Assembly (NCBI GenBank): GCA_964016885.1
Contig: OZ024740.1
Span: 131,130,001 to 131,194,000 of the forward strand
DNA length: 64,000 nucleotides
Direction: 5' to 3'
From: Eledone cirrhosa
Lineage: Eukaryota
In this document: positions 46,570-58,589 of the stretch, in pieces
Position numbering within the stretch: the first letter of the stretch is position 1
Layout: every line of letters begins with the position of its first letter
Position numbers and translations under genes: made by a program
The notes under the pieces: generated by a model
What the model was told of the DNA's origin: nothing
The model's input: only the letters and a program-made list of their open reading frames with translations
Database searches by the model: none

Positions 46570-48835
46570 TAGATTTATGCATATATACCACAGTTGGGCC
46601 TTCCGCATTGTTTTACTCTAGGGATCATCGTGAGGGTTGGTTGGATTTTGGCTTGTGTTAGGATGTTTTTTTATGGATTTAGGTTGTCTTTTGCTCTGTA
46701 TGATGTTGTGTGTTTGAAGGATTTCGCTCATTCTTGGGTCTCTTTTTAGTAAAGGAATGTTCTGGAGGATAGTGTCGTATGCCTCATTGTTGAGGGGGTT
46801 GTGTGTGGAGGTGTAGGGTAGAGTTTTCTGTTTCGGTTCATTCCTGGGTTTGGGGTATCTGAGTTCCTGGATGTTGAGTTTTAGGGTACGTTGGAATCCA
46901 TTGTTGATTAGGGATGATGGGTAGTTTCTGCTGATAAGTGTGTTCTTTAATTTTTCTAGTCGTGTGTAGCATGTGTATTTATCTGAAACTATTGTGCAGA
47001 TCCTTCTGGCTATGTTATAGGGAATTGCCACTTTGGTATGGTGAGCGAGGCACGAGTAAAATGGAAGATATTGTTTGGAGTTTTGGGGTTTGTAGCATAT
47101 GTCTGTTTCTATTTTGTTGTTTGTTTTCTTGATGAGGATGTCAAGGAAAGGGAGTTGTTCATGGCTGTAATCCATTGTAAATTATAAGTTTGTGTTTAGT
47201 ACATTTAGAAGTGTTTAAAACTCAGTCTATTTATATTTTCATGCCAGAGGATGAAGCATTCGTTCAGATATCGCTTCCATTTTTTTCTATGTATAGGTAG
47301 AAGTGGTTGCCGTATTTGTCTAGAAGTTTGCGGTAGAGAGTAGTTTCCAAATATCCCTTGACAAGGTTGGCGTATGAGGGGGCTACTTTCGTGTCCATGG
47401 CAGTCCCAGATTTCTATCTGTAGTATTTGGCATCGAATTCGAAGAACTTATTTTCCAACATGAATTTGAGGCCCTCCATCTCAAATTCTTTAGGGATGCG
47501 CTGTAGAAGTTCACGATGGAAATGTTCACGCCAGAATTATATTGCTTCTTTACTTGGGTTGTGTGGGATATTGGAATATAGATTGATGACATCAAAGTTT
47601 ACTAGTAGGGTATGTTCATTATTAAATGTTGTTGGGAGGGGTTTATCACGTCAATGTCTTATCTTATGAATCTTTTTATTTGATTTAGGAAAGGTTTAAG
47701 CAGAATATCTAGAAGCTTAGAGGGGGGATTTTACATGTGGTACCTGCTATTATGGGTCTTAATTTAAGGTCATCAGGAGGGAGGATATTGATGTAAATGT
47801 CTGTAGCTTCCTTGCAGGCCCTGCCTATTACTTCGCTTTTGAGTGCATTTGGGATACCGTAGAAAAGGCTGGTTCTGCTTTTTAAATTGGTGATATAGTT
47901 GTATTCCTTGTCAGTAAGGCCTTCTTTGTAAAGGGTTGTTAGGGATTTTAGGTTTCTCATTATTTTCTGTTTTGTGTAGTGTTGCGCCTTTTTGTAATAT
48001 GTTTGATTTTCCGCAGTTGAGAGTAGTAGAGTCGTGTCTTCATAAGGACAATTGCACTCCCTTTATCCGCCTCTTTGATTGTTAGTGTTTTGTTGTTCTT
48101 TAGACTGTTAAGACCATTCCATTCTATTTTCCTTAGGTTTGGTTTTTGTTATGTCTGTGTAGGTGGTGGTATGGGCAATTAATAATGTGTTAGCAGAATT
48201 GCTCGAGGAATTTGTTCTTGCCTTTAGGTGGGGTGTAGTTGCTTCTATTTCTGGCTATTGAGTCGTCCTCGTTGTATTTGTTGTATAGATTCTCGCTGAG
48301 TCTTAGTATTCTACAGAATTCTGCAATGTCTTCCTTCATTTAGATGTAGTGTAGTCGTTGGGGAGTTGGTATATATTTCAGACCTTTGGAGACTGTTGAT
48401 TTGGTGTGATGTTAATTATTTAGGGGTTAAATTAACGATTATTATTACATGTTGGCGGTGGATTGGAAGTATCGGTAGAGGGTCGGACGCCATGCTTTGA
48501 CGCATTGAGTTACGGCCCTTGCCATTCTAAGTTAGAATCCCGCCGAGTTTAACTTTGCCTTTCATCCTTACGGGGTCGATAAAATAAATTAGCAGTATTA
48601 CACTGGGTATTTGCTGGCCTTGTGCCAAAAGTAGAAACATTTATTACATTTTATGTCTTCTGTGTGTTTTGTGTTATCTCGTTACCCAGTGTCTGTGTTG
48701 TTTTCTAAAAAATGACTACGGAAGTTGCGGTGGTTGTTGAAGTTTGGATGTATCGTATGGCTGTATTGGCCCCTGCATTTGTTGTTAGAGGGTGTGTAGC
48801 TGTGGTGGTTGTTGAAGTTAAGTTGTATCGTGAGA
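46570..48835 (-). mobile_element. Decayed PLE (YLDDCF type, Neptune-like); RT region present, EN missing
   Basis: Peptides IKEADKG, LKLRPIIAG, LPFLDILI..ETDICYKP and IPYNIARRICTIVS. Interrupted by a SINE. Confidence 0.88.
48454..48639 (+). mobile_element. tRNA-derived SINE nested in a PLE
   Basis: Same family, with a short flanking duplication ttattacat. Confidence 0.9.
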
Positions 48836-48879
<44 letters not shown>

Positions 48880-48882
<3 letters not shown>

Positions 48883-49885
48883 AAATTAAGATAAATTAAA
48901 TTAAATTAAGAGTGTCATGCCGGATAGACATGCGCCATATCACCAGTGAAGTATGCTCCAAGATTCTAATGAATAGATCCGAGCATTTTATATCAACTAG
49001 AAATTGATTGACACATAAATAAACATATGAAACGATCACAGGGGATAATTTTTACAAGTGTGTAATCACACATAGCTATTTAGGTAACTAAATAGAGTTT
49101 AACTAGAGCTTCAAAAATAGATATCTTATAAATGATTAATCTTCATTCTATATATTCCATTAAAGAAATATATTTCAATTAATCGATTGGAAAACAACAG
49201 TAGCCAGATCCTGAATTTTCAACAAGGAAGAGGTCCAACCATCTGTGGTTACGCATCAAATTCAAATCAGCGACTGGCTAGTAACACGTGCTGTATTTAC
49301 GAAAAATACACACATCATACCAGCTTCGTCCCGGTAGCTTGAATAGAGTTATCGACAACTAGAAACAGCAGTCATGTCTATCCGGCATGACATCCTTAAT
49401 TTAATTTAATTTAATTTAATTTAATTTATCTCAATTATGGAGATATATATATATACAAATACGGCCCCTTAATTTTAGAGCTAACTCAGTTGAAAGGACT
49501 TGACTGCTGTTTATAGTTGTCGATAACCCAATTCACTCAACTGGGAGGAGGCTGGTATGATGTATGTATTTTTAGTAAATACAGCACGTGTTACTAGCCA
49601 GTCGGTGATTTGAATTTGATGCGTAAACACAGATGGTTGGACCTCTTCCTTGTTGAAAATCCAGGATCTGGCTACTGTCGTTTAACAATCGATTACTTGG
49701 TGAAATATATTTCTTTAATGGAATATATACAAGGAAGATCAATCATTTATAAGGTATCTATTTTTGACGCTCTAGTTAAATTTATTTAGTTACCTACCTA
49801 GCTATGTGTGCTTACACACTTTTACAAATTATCCCTGTGAGTGTTTCATATGTTTATTTATACGTCAATCAATTTCTAGTTGATA
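48880..49885. repeat. Composite fold-back: ~560-bp unit with ~50-bp terminal inverted repeats (48880-49445), followed by an inverted copy of its interior (49501-49885 vs 48991-49375)
   Basis: tgtcatgccggatagacatg pairs with catgtctatccggcatgaca. ~385-bp inverted arms. Flanked by (TA)n. Confidence 0.85.
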
Positions 49886-50204
49886 TATATATATATATAT
49901 ATATTTATATAAGGAAGATAGACGAAATAGAATATGCAACTGGAGTTGTTTTTAAAGAAAATATCTATATATTTATTGGGTTCCTTTACCGGTTTCGCAG
50001 TTCTTCTGTTTTTCAAAAGTAAGGTTGAGATGGAGGGTCTGTGGTTTTTATCACATCAGATGTGTTATATATATAAATGTGTTATATACGATATAATTAT
50101 ATATATATATATATACGTGTAGAGGTTATATTTAATGTGTTGGGATACAACAAGCAAAATATTTTTATAACTGATATAAAGCACTCAACAAATTATTGGA
50201 GTAA

Positions 50205-50500
50205 ATATACAATATATTAACAAATGGAAACTATATTTATAAAACCATATTTATTTCATTATACATATTTGAAGGGCCACCAACGCAAACTATGGTGCGC
50301 TTTCATCAGATAAAATATAATCCAGGAGATTCCAGACAGAATGATTGCATTTTATCAGGGTATGTCAATATTTATTTATAAAACTAACCTATATTATATT
50401 TTATCTGGTGAAAGCGCACCATAGTTTGCCTTGCTGGCCCTTGAAATATGTATAATGATATAAATATGGTTTTATAAATATAGTTTCCATTTGTTAATAT

Positions 50501-50508
<8 letters not shown>
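50205..50508. repeat. Inverted repeat with ~115-bp arms, each carrying a singly mutated HHR
   Basis: Arms at 50205-50320 and 50393-50508. Confidence 0.88.
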
Positions 50509-50549
<41 letters not shown>

Positions 50550-50554
<5 letters not shown>

Positions 50555-50694
50555 TAAACGGCTCCACATAACGACGTAATTATCCTCGCTTTTTCCGTTC
50601 ATTCCCAAAGAATGCCTTCACGAACCAAATTAGTGTCTTTCAAAAGATCGCGTTTAGGGTGAAAGCAGGGAATATCTGCCTGTACTTTAATCTG

Positions 50695-50697
<3 letters not shown>
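50550..50697 (+). mobile_element. Diverged solo 3' fragment of the YRDDG-type PLE
   Basis: cacgaaccaaa...agggtgaaagcag...ctttaatctgttat is shared with 29140-29290. Confidence 0.7.
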
Positions 50698-50748
<51 letters not shown>

Positions 50749-50749
50749 T

Positions 50750-50823
<74 letters not shown>

Positions 50824-50832
50824 TGTGTGTGT

Positions 50833-50870
<38 letters not shown>

Positions 50871-50911
50871 GAAATAGGATTTCGCTTCAAGCATAGCTTG
50901 CGGTGGGAGGG

Positions 50912-50955
50912 ACCGTCCTGACGAAGGCCAGTTAAGCCTGAAATACATAGACGGT
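50912..50955 (+). ncRNA. Minimal type I hammerhead ribozyme, intact
   Basis: accgtc CTGACGA aggc-cagttaa-gcct GAAA taca TA gacggt. 6-bp stem I, 4-bp stem II. Confidence 0.82.
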
Positions 50956-52309
50956 TTTACCCCTTGCTTCGGCTGGACATCACCAGAGGACGTTAGCCCC
51001 TCAGTGTTTGCATAGTTATAGTTTCCTGAAACCGTATTTCTTTAGAGATACGAAATATTTATACATATTATATATATATTTGTATATAAATATACAGTCC
51101 AGAAATATCCGTCGAAACGGCTCAAGCTCTGCCGTCGTGGTTAAACATTTTCCTATATACATATAAATATATATATATATATATATACATACATATATAT
51201 ATGTGTGTGTCTCTATCTGTCTGAGAATGTATATATATATATATATGTAATATATATAAGTGCGGACGTGTTTTCATAAATCTCAGAAAAAAAATAATGT
51301 AAGACTTAGAGAAATTTAATGTTAGTTATGAAATCTAAAAATCACACTATAATATAGCATTGAGCATAAAACTTCACTCACCGTATTCACACACATCCAC
51401 ATAATTATATACTAAAAAATGTTAGCAAGATTTCAAAATTTCGGAAGTCTCTGAAAATATTTTGCATTTTAAATCAGCACAAAAATGAGTGTATATATAT
51501 ATACATATGCAGAAGTATAAGCAAACGCAGACACATACTCAGATTCACTGATGCACACCCTCATATATATTTACACACACATCCACACATACACACGCAT
51601 GTATGTATATGTCCATATATATATATATATATATGTATATATATGTATATATATATGGACATATACATACATATATATGGATATATATGGAGATATACAT
51701 ACATATATCCATATATATGGACATATACATGCATACCTACATCACTTCATCCTTCTGTTTCTGTGCGTGTATATAAAGAATTGAATTACGAATACATACT
51801 TTGAATGTCAGTCTATATCTGCGCTGGCTGTCACTGGTGGAATACTTTTTTTGTTGTTATATATTCCCTCATTTTGACAGTAGATAATATTTCTGAAATA
51901 TATAGATTAGAAATGGATTTTTGATATATAAATGCCAAAAGCATTGTACGTGACATGTTAACAAAACGCTTATGTTTTTTCAACACACGCCACAAAAGAC
52001 TAGTCATCCTCTTTCTGAATAACGGGAAGAAAAATAATCAATGTTTGCAATTAGACATTTGGGATGAATTTAAGTTTATATAAATAATACTATAAATATT
52101 CGCTTTCCAACGAAACCGCATCAATAAAAAATCTACCGTTTTTCACCAACTATATGTATTAGAATTATATATCAAAATCAGTTAAATATAAACGCATGCA
52201 ATAGCGACACGGTAAAACTTTCACCCCTTACACATACTCGAAACACGAGGTTGCACAGACACACATACACACACGCACGTAGAAAAACACACACACACAC
52301 TCACACACA

Positions 52310-54800
52310 CATCCTGTCTAAATTTCCTCTTAGACATAATACTAATGTTAGGCCAAACATTAACAAATCAGAAATGTCTGCACTTAAATGTATACAAAAT
52401 GATAAAACAATAATAATTAAACAAGCAGATAAAGGGGGTGCAGTTGTTATAATGGATACTGAATACTACAAGGATTTGGTTGAGGAACAACTGAAAGACA
52501 CAACATTCTATCATGAAATACCGTCAAATATAGACCACATCATCATGAATACCACAACTCACTTACTGATAAGGAAAGAGACTACATCACCAATTTTGAG
52601 CCGTAACCCAGCAACCTGTATGGCCTACCGAAAGTTCATAAGTCAAAAGAAATACAACTGGCAGTAAGAGAACAAAACAGTGTGTACATTAAATTATTAC
52701 ACCCAAAAGACTTAAAACTTAGACCTATTATAGCTGGTCCAAAATGCCCCACCCACCGTCTAAGCAATTTTGTTGACATTAATTTGAAACCACTATGTAT
52801 TCATATACCCAGTTTCATCCGGGATGATATCGACTTCCTGTCACATCTTCCCAAAATCACGGAAACGAATTCACTTCTACTCAGTTTTCATGTGGTAAGC
52901 CTTTACACCAACATTACACATGATTTAGGAATAAAGGCGGTTAAATACTTGGTGGAAAAACATAGAGAAGTGATTCCCATCAGATTCACAGCGCCATTTA
53001 TATTAGACGCAGTTAAACCTATTCAGTAAAACAACACTTTCTTCTTCAATGGAAAGAATTACATCCAAATTAGAGGCACAGCGATGGGAACGAAGTTTGC
53101 TCCCGTTCACGCGAACTCTGTAATGGGATACTTAGAATAACAACTCTACCAAGAAATAGAGGAAAAATATAGTACTGACTTTAGAAAGTTCATTGAAAAA
53201 TCTTGGAAGAGATACCTTGACGACTGTTTCATCATCTGGACAGAATCTCTAGATACTCTGGATGAGTTCAATACCCTCCTGAATAACCTTCACCCATCTC
53301 TTCAATTCACAAAAGAGATGAGTAGGACCAAATTACCATTCCTATATATAATGATAATCAAAAACGACACCACCATTGCCACGGACATATATTATAAACA
53401 CACAGACACCCATCAATATCTGAATTTCAAGTCGTGCCATCCACCTCATACAAAACGCAACATCCCATACTGCCTAGACAGAATAATGTGTACCATTGTA
53501 GAAGATACGAATACCAGGTACAAACGCCTAACAGAACTAATAGAATTTTTGCTTAAACAAAAATACCCATCTCTACTTATAGAAAATGGCATACAGCGGG
53601 CTATAAAAATACCTATACAACAACTTAGGACAACCCAAGGAAGAAGAAACCAAGAACTTGTCATACCATTTATAATGACACACAACCCATCTCACCAGAA
53701 TATATTCAACACTGCCAAAGCAAACCTACCGATCATTTCTCAAAGTAATGAAATAAAAGGCTTAATCACAGACCGATCTTTGACTCTTAGTAAAAACAGC
53801 CAAACAATTTGAAGCAATTACTAGTAAAAGCAAAGTTTCACCTTAACAACAAAGATCAATCATTCACTGTATCTAAATACAATGATAGTCGATGCGGCAC
53901 ATGTCAATCCATACACACCTGTCAATATATGAAAACAAAAAACTGGAAAAATATTCCCAAATGCAGATATGAACTGCAAAAACAGAAATATAATTTACTG
54001 CATTAAATGCCCGAATTGTGAAGAACTATATGTCGGTCAAACTGGAAATGCACTATCGGAACGTGCACGGGTACACCTTCAACAAATCAGAGACCCAAAT
54101 GTCCGTCAGATACCCCTAAGTAACCATCTAGCAACATGTGGTCAGGGAATATTTATAATATTCCCATTCTACAAATTACACAGCCCAAGTGAAACCAAGA
54201 GAAAAATCAAAGAAAAGAATGTTATTGATAAATTCAAACCCAAGCTAAATGAACAATAATAACGATTAGGGGTATTACTTCTACTATCACTATGACTACG
54301 ACCACTAAGAACAACAACAACATTAATAATAATAGTAAAAGTGATGTTGATGGTGATGATTAATAGAAAATGCTATTTTAATAATTTCTAAAAATAGCAA
54401 AACAATTGATGCTTTGGATATGATTAATTATTGGTCGTTAGACATGCTCAACCAGCCGTGACGCTTAAATCAATCAGCTTTAGTAATTCAGTGAAACTAC
54501 ACAGTGATTGGTCGAAATACAGTTTGCAAGACTTAGGATTCTGTAGCCACTTTTCCCTGTATAAAATATGTAAAAGTTAGAAAATTTACCCATCTTATTA
54601 CAGTTGAAAATTGCAAACTTGACTGTCACCACATATTATGAACCTGAAGATTGCGAAAGCATGAAAGTACTTGTTCAATTAACACTTAGAATTTAATATT
54701 CTATCATACTATTTCATTATAATAACATTATAAATTTTAAAGGAATATAAATAAAACGAGTAAATCAGACGAAGTTGGAATTCCTCTTATTAATATAATC
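52310..54800 (+). mobile_element. Decayed PLE (Neptune-like: RT, Cys linker, GIY-YIG with CxxC) with a 3' pLTR
   Basis: Peptides [52 protein letters not shown] and NIIYCIKCPNCEELYVGQTG. Confidence 0.93.
54639..54677 (+). ncRNA. Type I HHR in the PLE 3' pLTR
   Basis: tgaac CTGAAGA t tgc-gaaa-gca t GAAA gtac TT gttca, with palindromic stem III AGTACT. Confidence 0.72.
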
Positions 54801-54837
54801 TTCTATACACAATCATACACACCCGTGTATATTTATC

Positions 54838-54870
<33 letters not shown>

Positions 54871-55027
54871 ATATATATATATTTTGAGTTTATGTTGGTT
54901 GTATACCAACACCTCAGTATGCAGGCTGGAGCACTCGACGGAGTGCGCAGGTTGGTTTGGTTACTCCGGAGTAGTGTAAAATAAAGTTAAATAAAAGTCA
55001 AATGATTAAAATTTAGCTTCGTTTATT

Positions 55028-55082
55028 ACTGCTATATATATTTCAGTGACAGCCATCTTTGGCTGTGACCTCTTCAGGCAGT
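55028..55082 (-). ncRNA. Type I HHR, left arm
   Basis: actgc CTGAAGA ggtcacagcc-aaagat-ggctgtcact GAAA tatata TA gcagt. Confidence 0.75.
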
Positions 55083-55110
55083 TTGAATTAGTAATTCAAA
55101 ACTAATTCAA

Positions 55111-55165
55111 ACTGCCTGAAGAGGTCACAGACAAAGATGGCTGTCACTGAAATATATATAGCAGT
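55111..55165 (+). ncRNA. Type I HHR, right arm
   Basis: Same motif with one stem II substitution. Confidence 0.72.
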
Positions 55166-55209
55166 AATAAACGAAGCTAAATTTTAATCATTTGACTTTT
55201 ATTTAACTT

Positions 55210-55267
<58 letters not shown>

Positions 55268-56079
55268 GTTTACATATACATAAATTTATATATGTTACAA
55301 CCGGTCACTTTTTACCTCTATGAAGAATTAATAAATTAAATACTCAGAGCAATATATTATTATAAATCATGTCTACAGAATTATTAGATGAACAAAATAT
55401 ATACTCCATTTCCTCTGCCAAACAGCACAATCAACCATATAAAAAAATCAATTATACTAAGCCATAAGGATAAAAGCTCCTATAAGAAATCTCCAACAAA
55501 TAAGCGAGAGCGGCTTCTTCGCGGTATCCACAGCAGGTTATTTATCCAACATTTCAACAGCATGCATAAATCGACCAAGTACATAATTAACCATATGCAA
55601 TTCGGTGTAAAATCAAACATAGAAGAACTGTGTACATACCGTAACTATATCCCTACCATGGTTTCATCCGTATTTTTAGATATCCTATTAATAGGAAATC
55701 CATTGAATTCGGAATCATCAGGAGATAAACTCAAAAATAGACACTTAGTATTCCAAGCCCATCGCGCCAAAATTGGATTCAAAAATGGCTAAGAATCACA
55801 CTATGGCCGTGGTCAAGTTGGAAAGAATGTGATTGGCTGTTGACGGCGTGTAGGCCTGTCGCTCGAAAGCGCAGCCAAATATCGCCAAATTTAATCTCAA
55901 CCTTACGGAAGATTATTAAATATAAATGTGTACATATACATAAATGTATATATGTTACAATATATATATATATATATATATATTATGTAATAATAATAAA
56001 TTTGAAGACTAAAATTCGAAGAGAGATCTATAAGGATAATATATATATAAAATATATAAAACCGTATATAAAAGATTTA

Positions 56080-56445
56080 TCAAAATAACACATTAAACTG
56101 TATGCAAAGAATCGCTGCTTTCACCCTGAACGGGATCTTCAGAGAGTAAAAAAAATCAATCTGTGGACGGAGAAAAGAATATTTCGAAAAAGGTTTCATG
56201 CAAAGGAAAACACGGAGACGATACTTTGGTTCGTGAGGACGTACTCTGGCAATGAACGGAAAGAAGGCGAAGATAATACGTCGTTATGTGGAGCGGTGTG
56301 AAAAATGTCACGCAGGTATTTGCGCGGATATATGTGTATATATGGGCATTGAATACGTACGTGTGCGCGAGTTTATGCATATGTGGTTGTATATGTATGA
56401 ATGGCGTGCGTTGTCGCGTATGCACGTGTATGTACGTAAACTGTC

Positions 56446-56450
<5 letters not shown>
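56080..56450 (-). mobile_element. Diverged 3' UTR fragment of the YRDDG-type PLE
   Basis: Reverse complement matches ~28930-29290, including the HHR-like motif. Confidence 0.7.
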
Positions 56451-56488
<38 letters not shown>

Positions 56489-56776
56489 CAAATAACGAAA
56501 CGAAATTAAATTTCGTTTCGTTTGTAACTCACTTTTGTATGACTGACGCTTAAACAATTAAATTAAAAATGTACATCCACATATGTATACTGAAATACTA
56601 GTATGCATATGAATACACACACGTGTACATATGTAGATGTACCGAGTTTTTCACTGGACACTTTACTGTGAGTGTCCAGCTATTCTGTATGTAAACACAC
56701 AGACAAACCGGTTTTTAGAGTCATACTGGTTTTCGAGGAAACACCTTTCCTCTATTCTCCAGAAAGCCAGACAAGG

Positions 56777-56821
56777 AATATTGGACTAGTTTCGATGTTG
56801 TTACATCTCATCAGCAATATT
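56777..56821 (-). ncRNA. Type I HHR, copy 1
   Basis: aatattg CTGATGA gatgt-aaca-acatc GAAA ctag TC caatatt. Confidence 0.9.
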
Positions 56822-57167
56822 TACCTATCTTCCGGCCTTTCTAGAGAATCGTAAAAGCACATATCGTTATATGCTTTTTCTATGAAAATTAGTAGTGGGC
56901 AGACTAATTTGCATAGAGCGTGAGTACGTACCGGTTCAGCGGAGACGTTAAAAACAAATAACGAAACGAAATTAAATTTCGTTTCGTTTGTAACTCACTT
57001 TTGTATGACTGACGCTTAAACAATTAAATTAAAAATGTACATCCACATGCTGAACCGGTACGTACTCACGCTCTATGCAAATTAGTCTGCCCACTACTAA
57101 TTTTCATAGAAAAAGCATATAACGATATGTGCTTTTACGATTCTCTAGAAAGGCCGGAAGATAGGTA

Positions 57168-57212
57168 AATATTGCTGATGAGATGTAACAACATCGAAAC
57201 TAGTCCAATATT
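57168..57212 (+). ncRNA. Type I HHR, copy 2 (predicted cleavage after 57205)
   Basis: Perfect core, 7-bp stem I, 5-bp stem II, GUC cleavage triplet. Confidence 0.9.
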
Positions 57213-57633
57213 CCTTGTCTGGCTTTCTGGAGAATAGAGGAAAGGTGTTTCCTCGAAAACCAGTATGACTCTAAAAACCGGTTTGTCTGTGTGTTTACAT
57301 ACAGAATAGCTGGACACTCACAGTAAAGTGTCCAGTGAAAAACTCGGTACATCTACATATGTACACGTGTGTGTATTCATATGCATACTAGTATTTCAGT
57401 ATACATATGTGGATGTACATTTTTAATTTAATTGTTTAAGCGTCAGTCATACAAAAGTGAGTTACAAACGAAACGAAATTTAATTTCGTTTCGTTATTTG
57501 TTTTTATCGTCTCCGCTGAACCGGTACGTACTCACGCTCTATGCAAATTAGTCTGCCCACTACTAATTTTCATAGAAAAAGCATATAACGATATGTGCTT
57601 TTACGATTCTCTAGAAAGGCCGGAAGATAGGTA

Positions 57634-57678
57634 AATATTGCTGATGAGATGTAACAACATCGAAACTAGTCCAATATT
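57634..57678 (+). ncRNA. Type I HHR, copy 3 (predicted cleavage after 57671)
   Basis: Identical to copy 2, 466 nt downstream. Confidence 0.9.
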
Positions 57679-57896
57679 CCTTGTCTGGCTTTCTGGAGAA
57701 TAGAGGAAAGGTGTTTCCTCGAAAACCAGTATGACTCTAAAAACCGGTTTGTCTGTGTGTTTACATACAGAATAGCTGGACACTCACAGTAAAGTGTCCA
57801 GTGAAAAACTCGGTACATCTACATATGTACACGTGTGTGTATTCATATGCATACTAGTATTTCAGTATACATATGTGGATGTACATTTTTAATTTA

Positions 57897-57924
<28 letters not shown>

Positions 57925-57927
<3 letters not shown>

Positions 57928-58304
57928 TTCGTTTCTGAATTTGTTTAGCAAGATTCTTTATCTGAAATCGTGTGTTGAAACCGATATTGTTATACTTTGG
58001 GATGGTCATGTTGCCAATAAGAAACACACGCACCAATTGCTTTCACTTCAATTTATTATAATAAATTTATAATAAATTTATAAATTTATAAATTTCTGGT
58101 TGGTTGGTTGGTTGGTTCCACAACCAGATAGTTGTTTATATATTGTTATAATTCTTTCGTCACACACTCTGTGACCTCTTCAGTGACTGGGGATTCCTTT
58201 CTTTGTTTATATGCCTCTCTTTTGTTCTGTCCTACGCCATTTTGTTTCTGTGTGTGTGTTGTGTGCTCAGTCTGCCCATGCGCCACATCCGGGTGTCTGT
58301 GTGT

Positions 58305-58310
<6 letters not shown>
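57925..58310 (-). mobile_element. Third copy of the 23634-24460 HHR-bearing element
   Basis: Aligns to 24090-24460. The HHR core at 58145-58187 is retained (CTGAAGA...GAAA) but stem I is weakened. Confidence 0.85.
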
Positions 58311-58353
<43 letters not shown>

Positions 58354-58391
58354 TATTGTTATACTTGGGGAGGGTCATACTGTTGTAATAA

Positions 58392-58572
58392 TTGTTTCTA
58401 CTTTAGGCACAAAGCCACCAATTACCCAGTGCATTACTCGTACTTTATTTTCTAGACCCCATAAGGATGGAAGCAAATTAACCACGGCGGGATTTGAACT
58501 GTGAATGGCAAGCGCCGTAACTCTATGCGTCAAAGCATGGTGTCCGATCCTCTACCGATACTTCCAATCCAC
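58392..58572 (-). mobile_element. tRNA-derived SINE
   Basis: Same family, with a ttgtaataat TSD. Confidence 0.88.
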
Positions 58573-58589
58573 TTGTAATAATATTGCCA

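Larger units (their letters stand above)
54977..55216. repeat. Near-perfect ~240-bp palindrome with an HHR in each arm
   Basis: Arms 54977-55092 and 55101-55216, an 8-nt spacer and one visible mismatch. Confidence 0.95.
56484..57901. mobile_element. Candidate retrozyme: 466-bp HHR-containing unit, ~1.2 copies then ~1.8 inverted copies, inserted in (TA)n
   Basis: Unit recurs at 56484/56950 and 57049/57515. Copies are virtually identical. Inversion junction at 57048/57049. Confidence 0.88.

Noticed and set aside
55388-55792. 134-aa ORF
   Set aside because: No domain signature or splice context. It lies among repeats.
56672-56854. Identical 60-aa ORF present three times (also 57135-57317 and 57601-57783)
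   Set aside because: GTG start, antisense to the ribozyme strand and no recognisable domain. The identity simply reflects the repeat.
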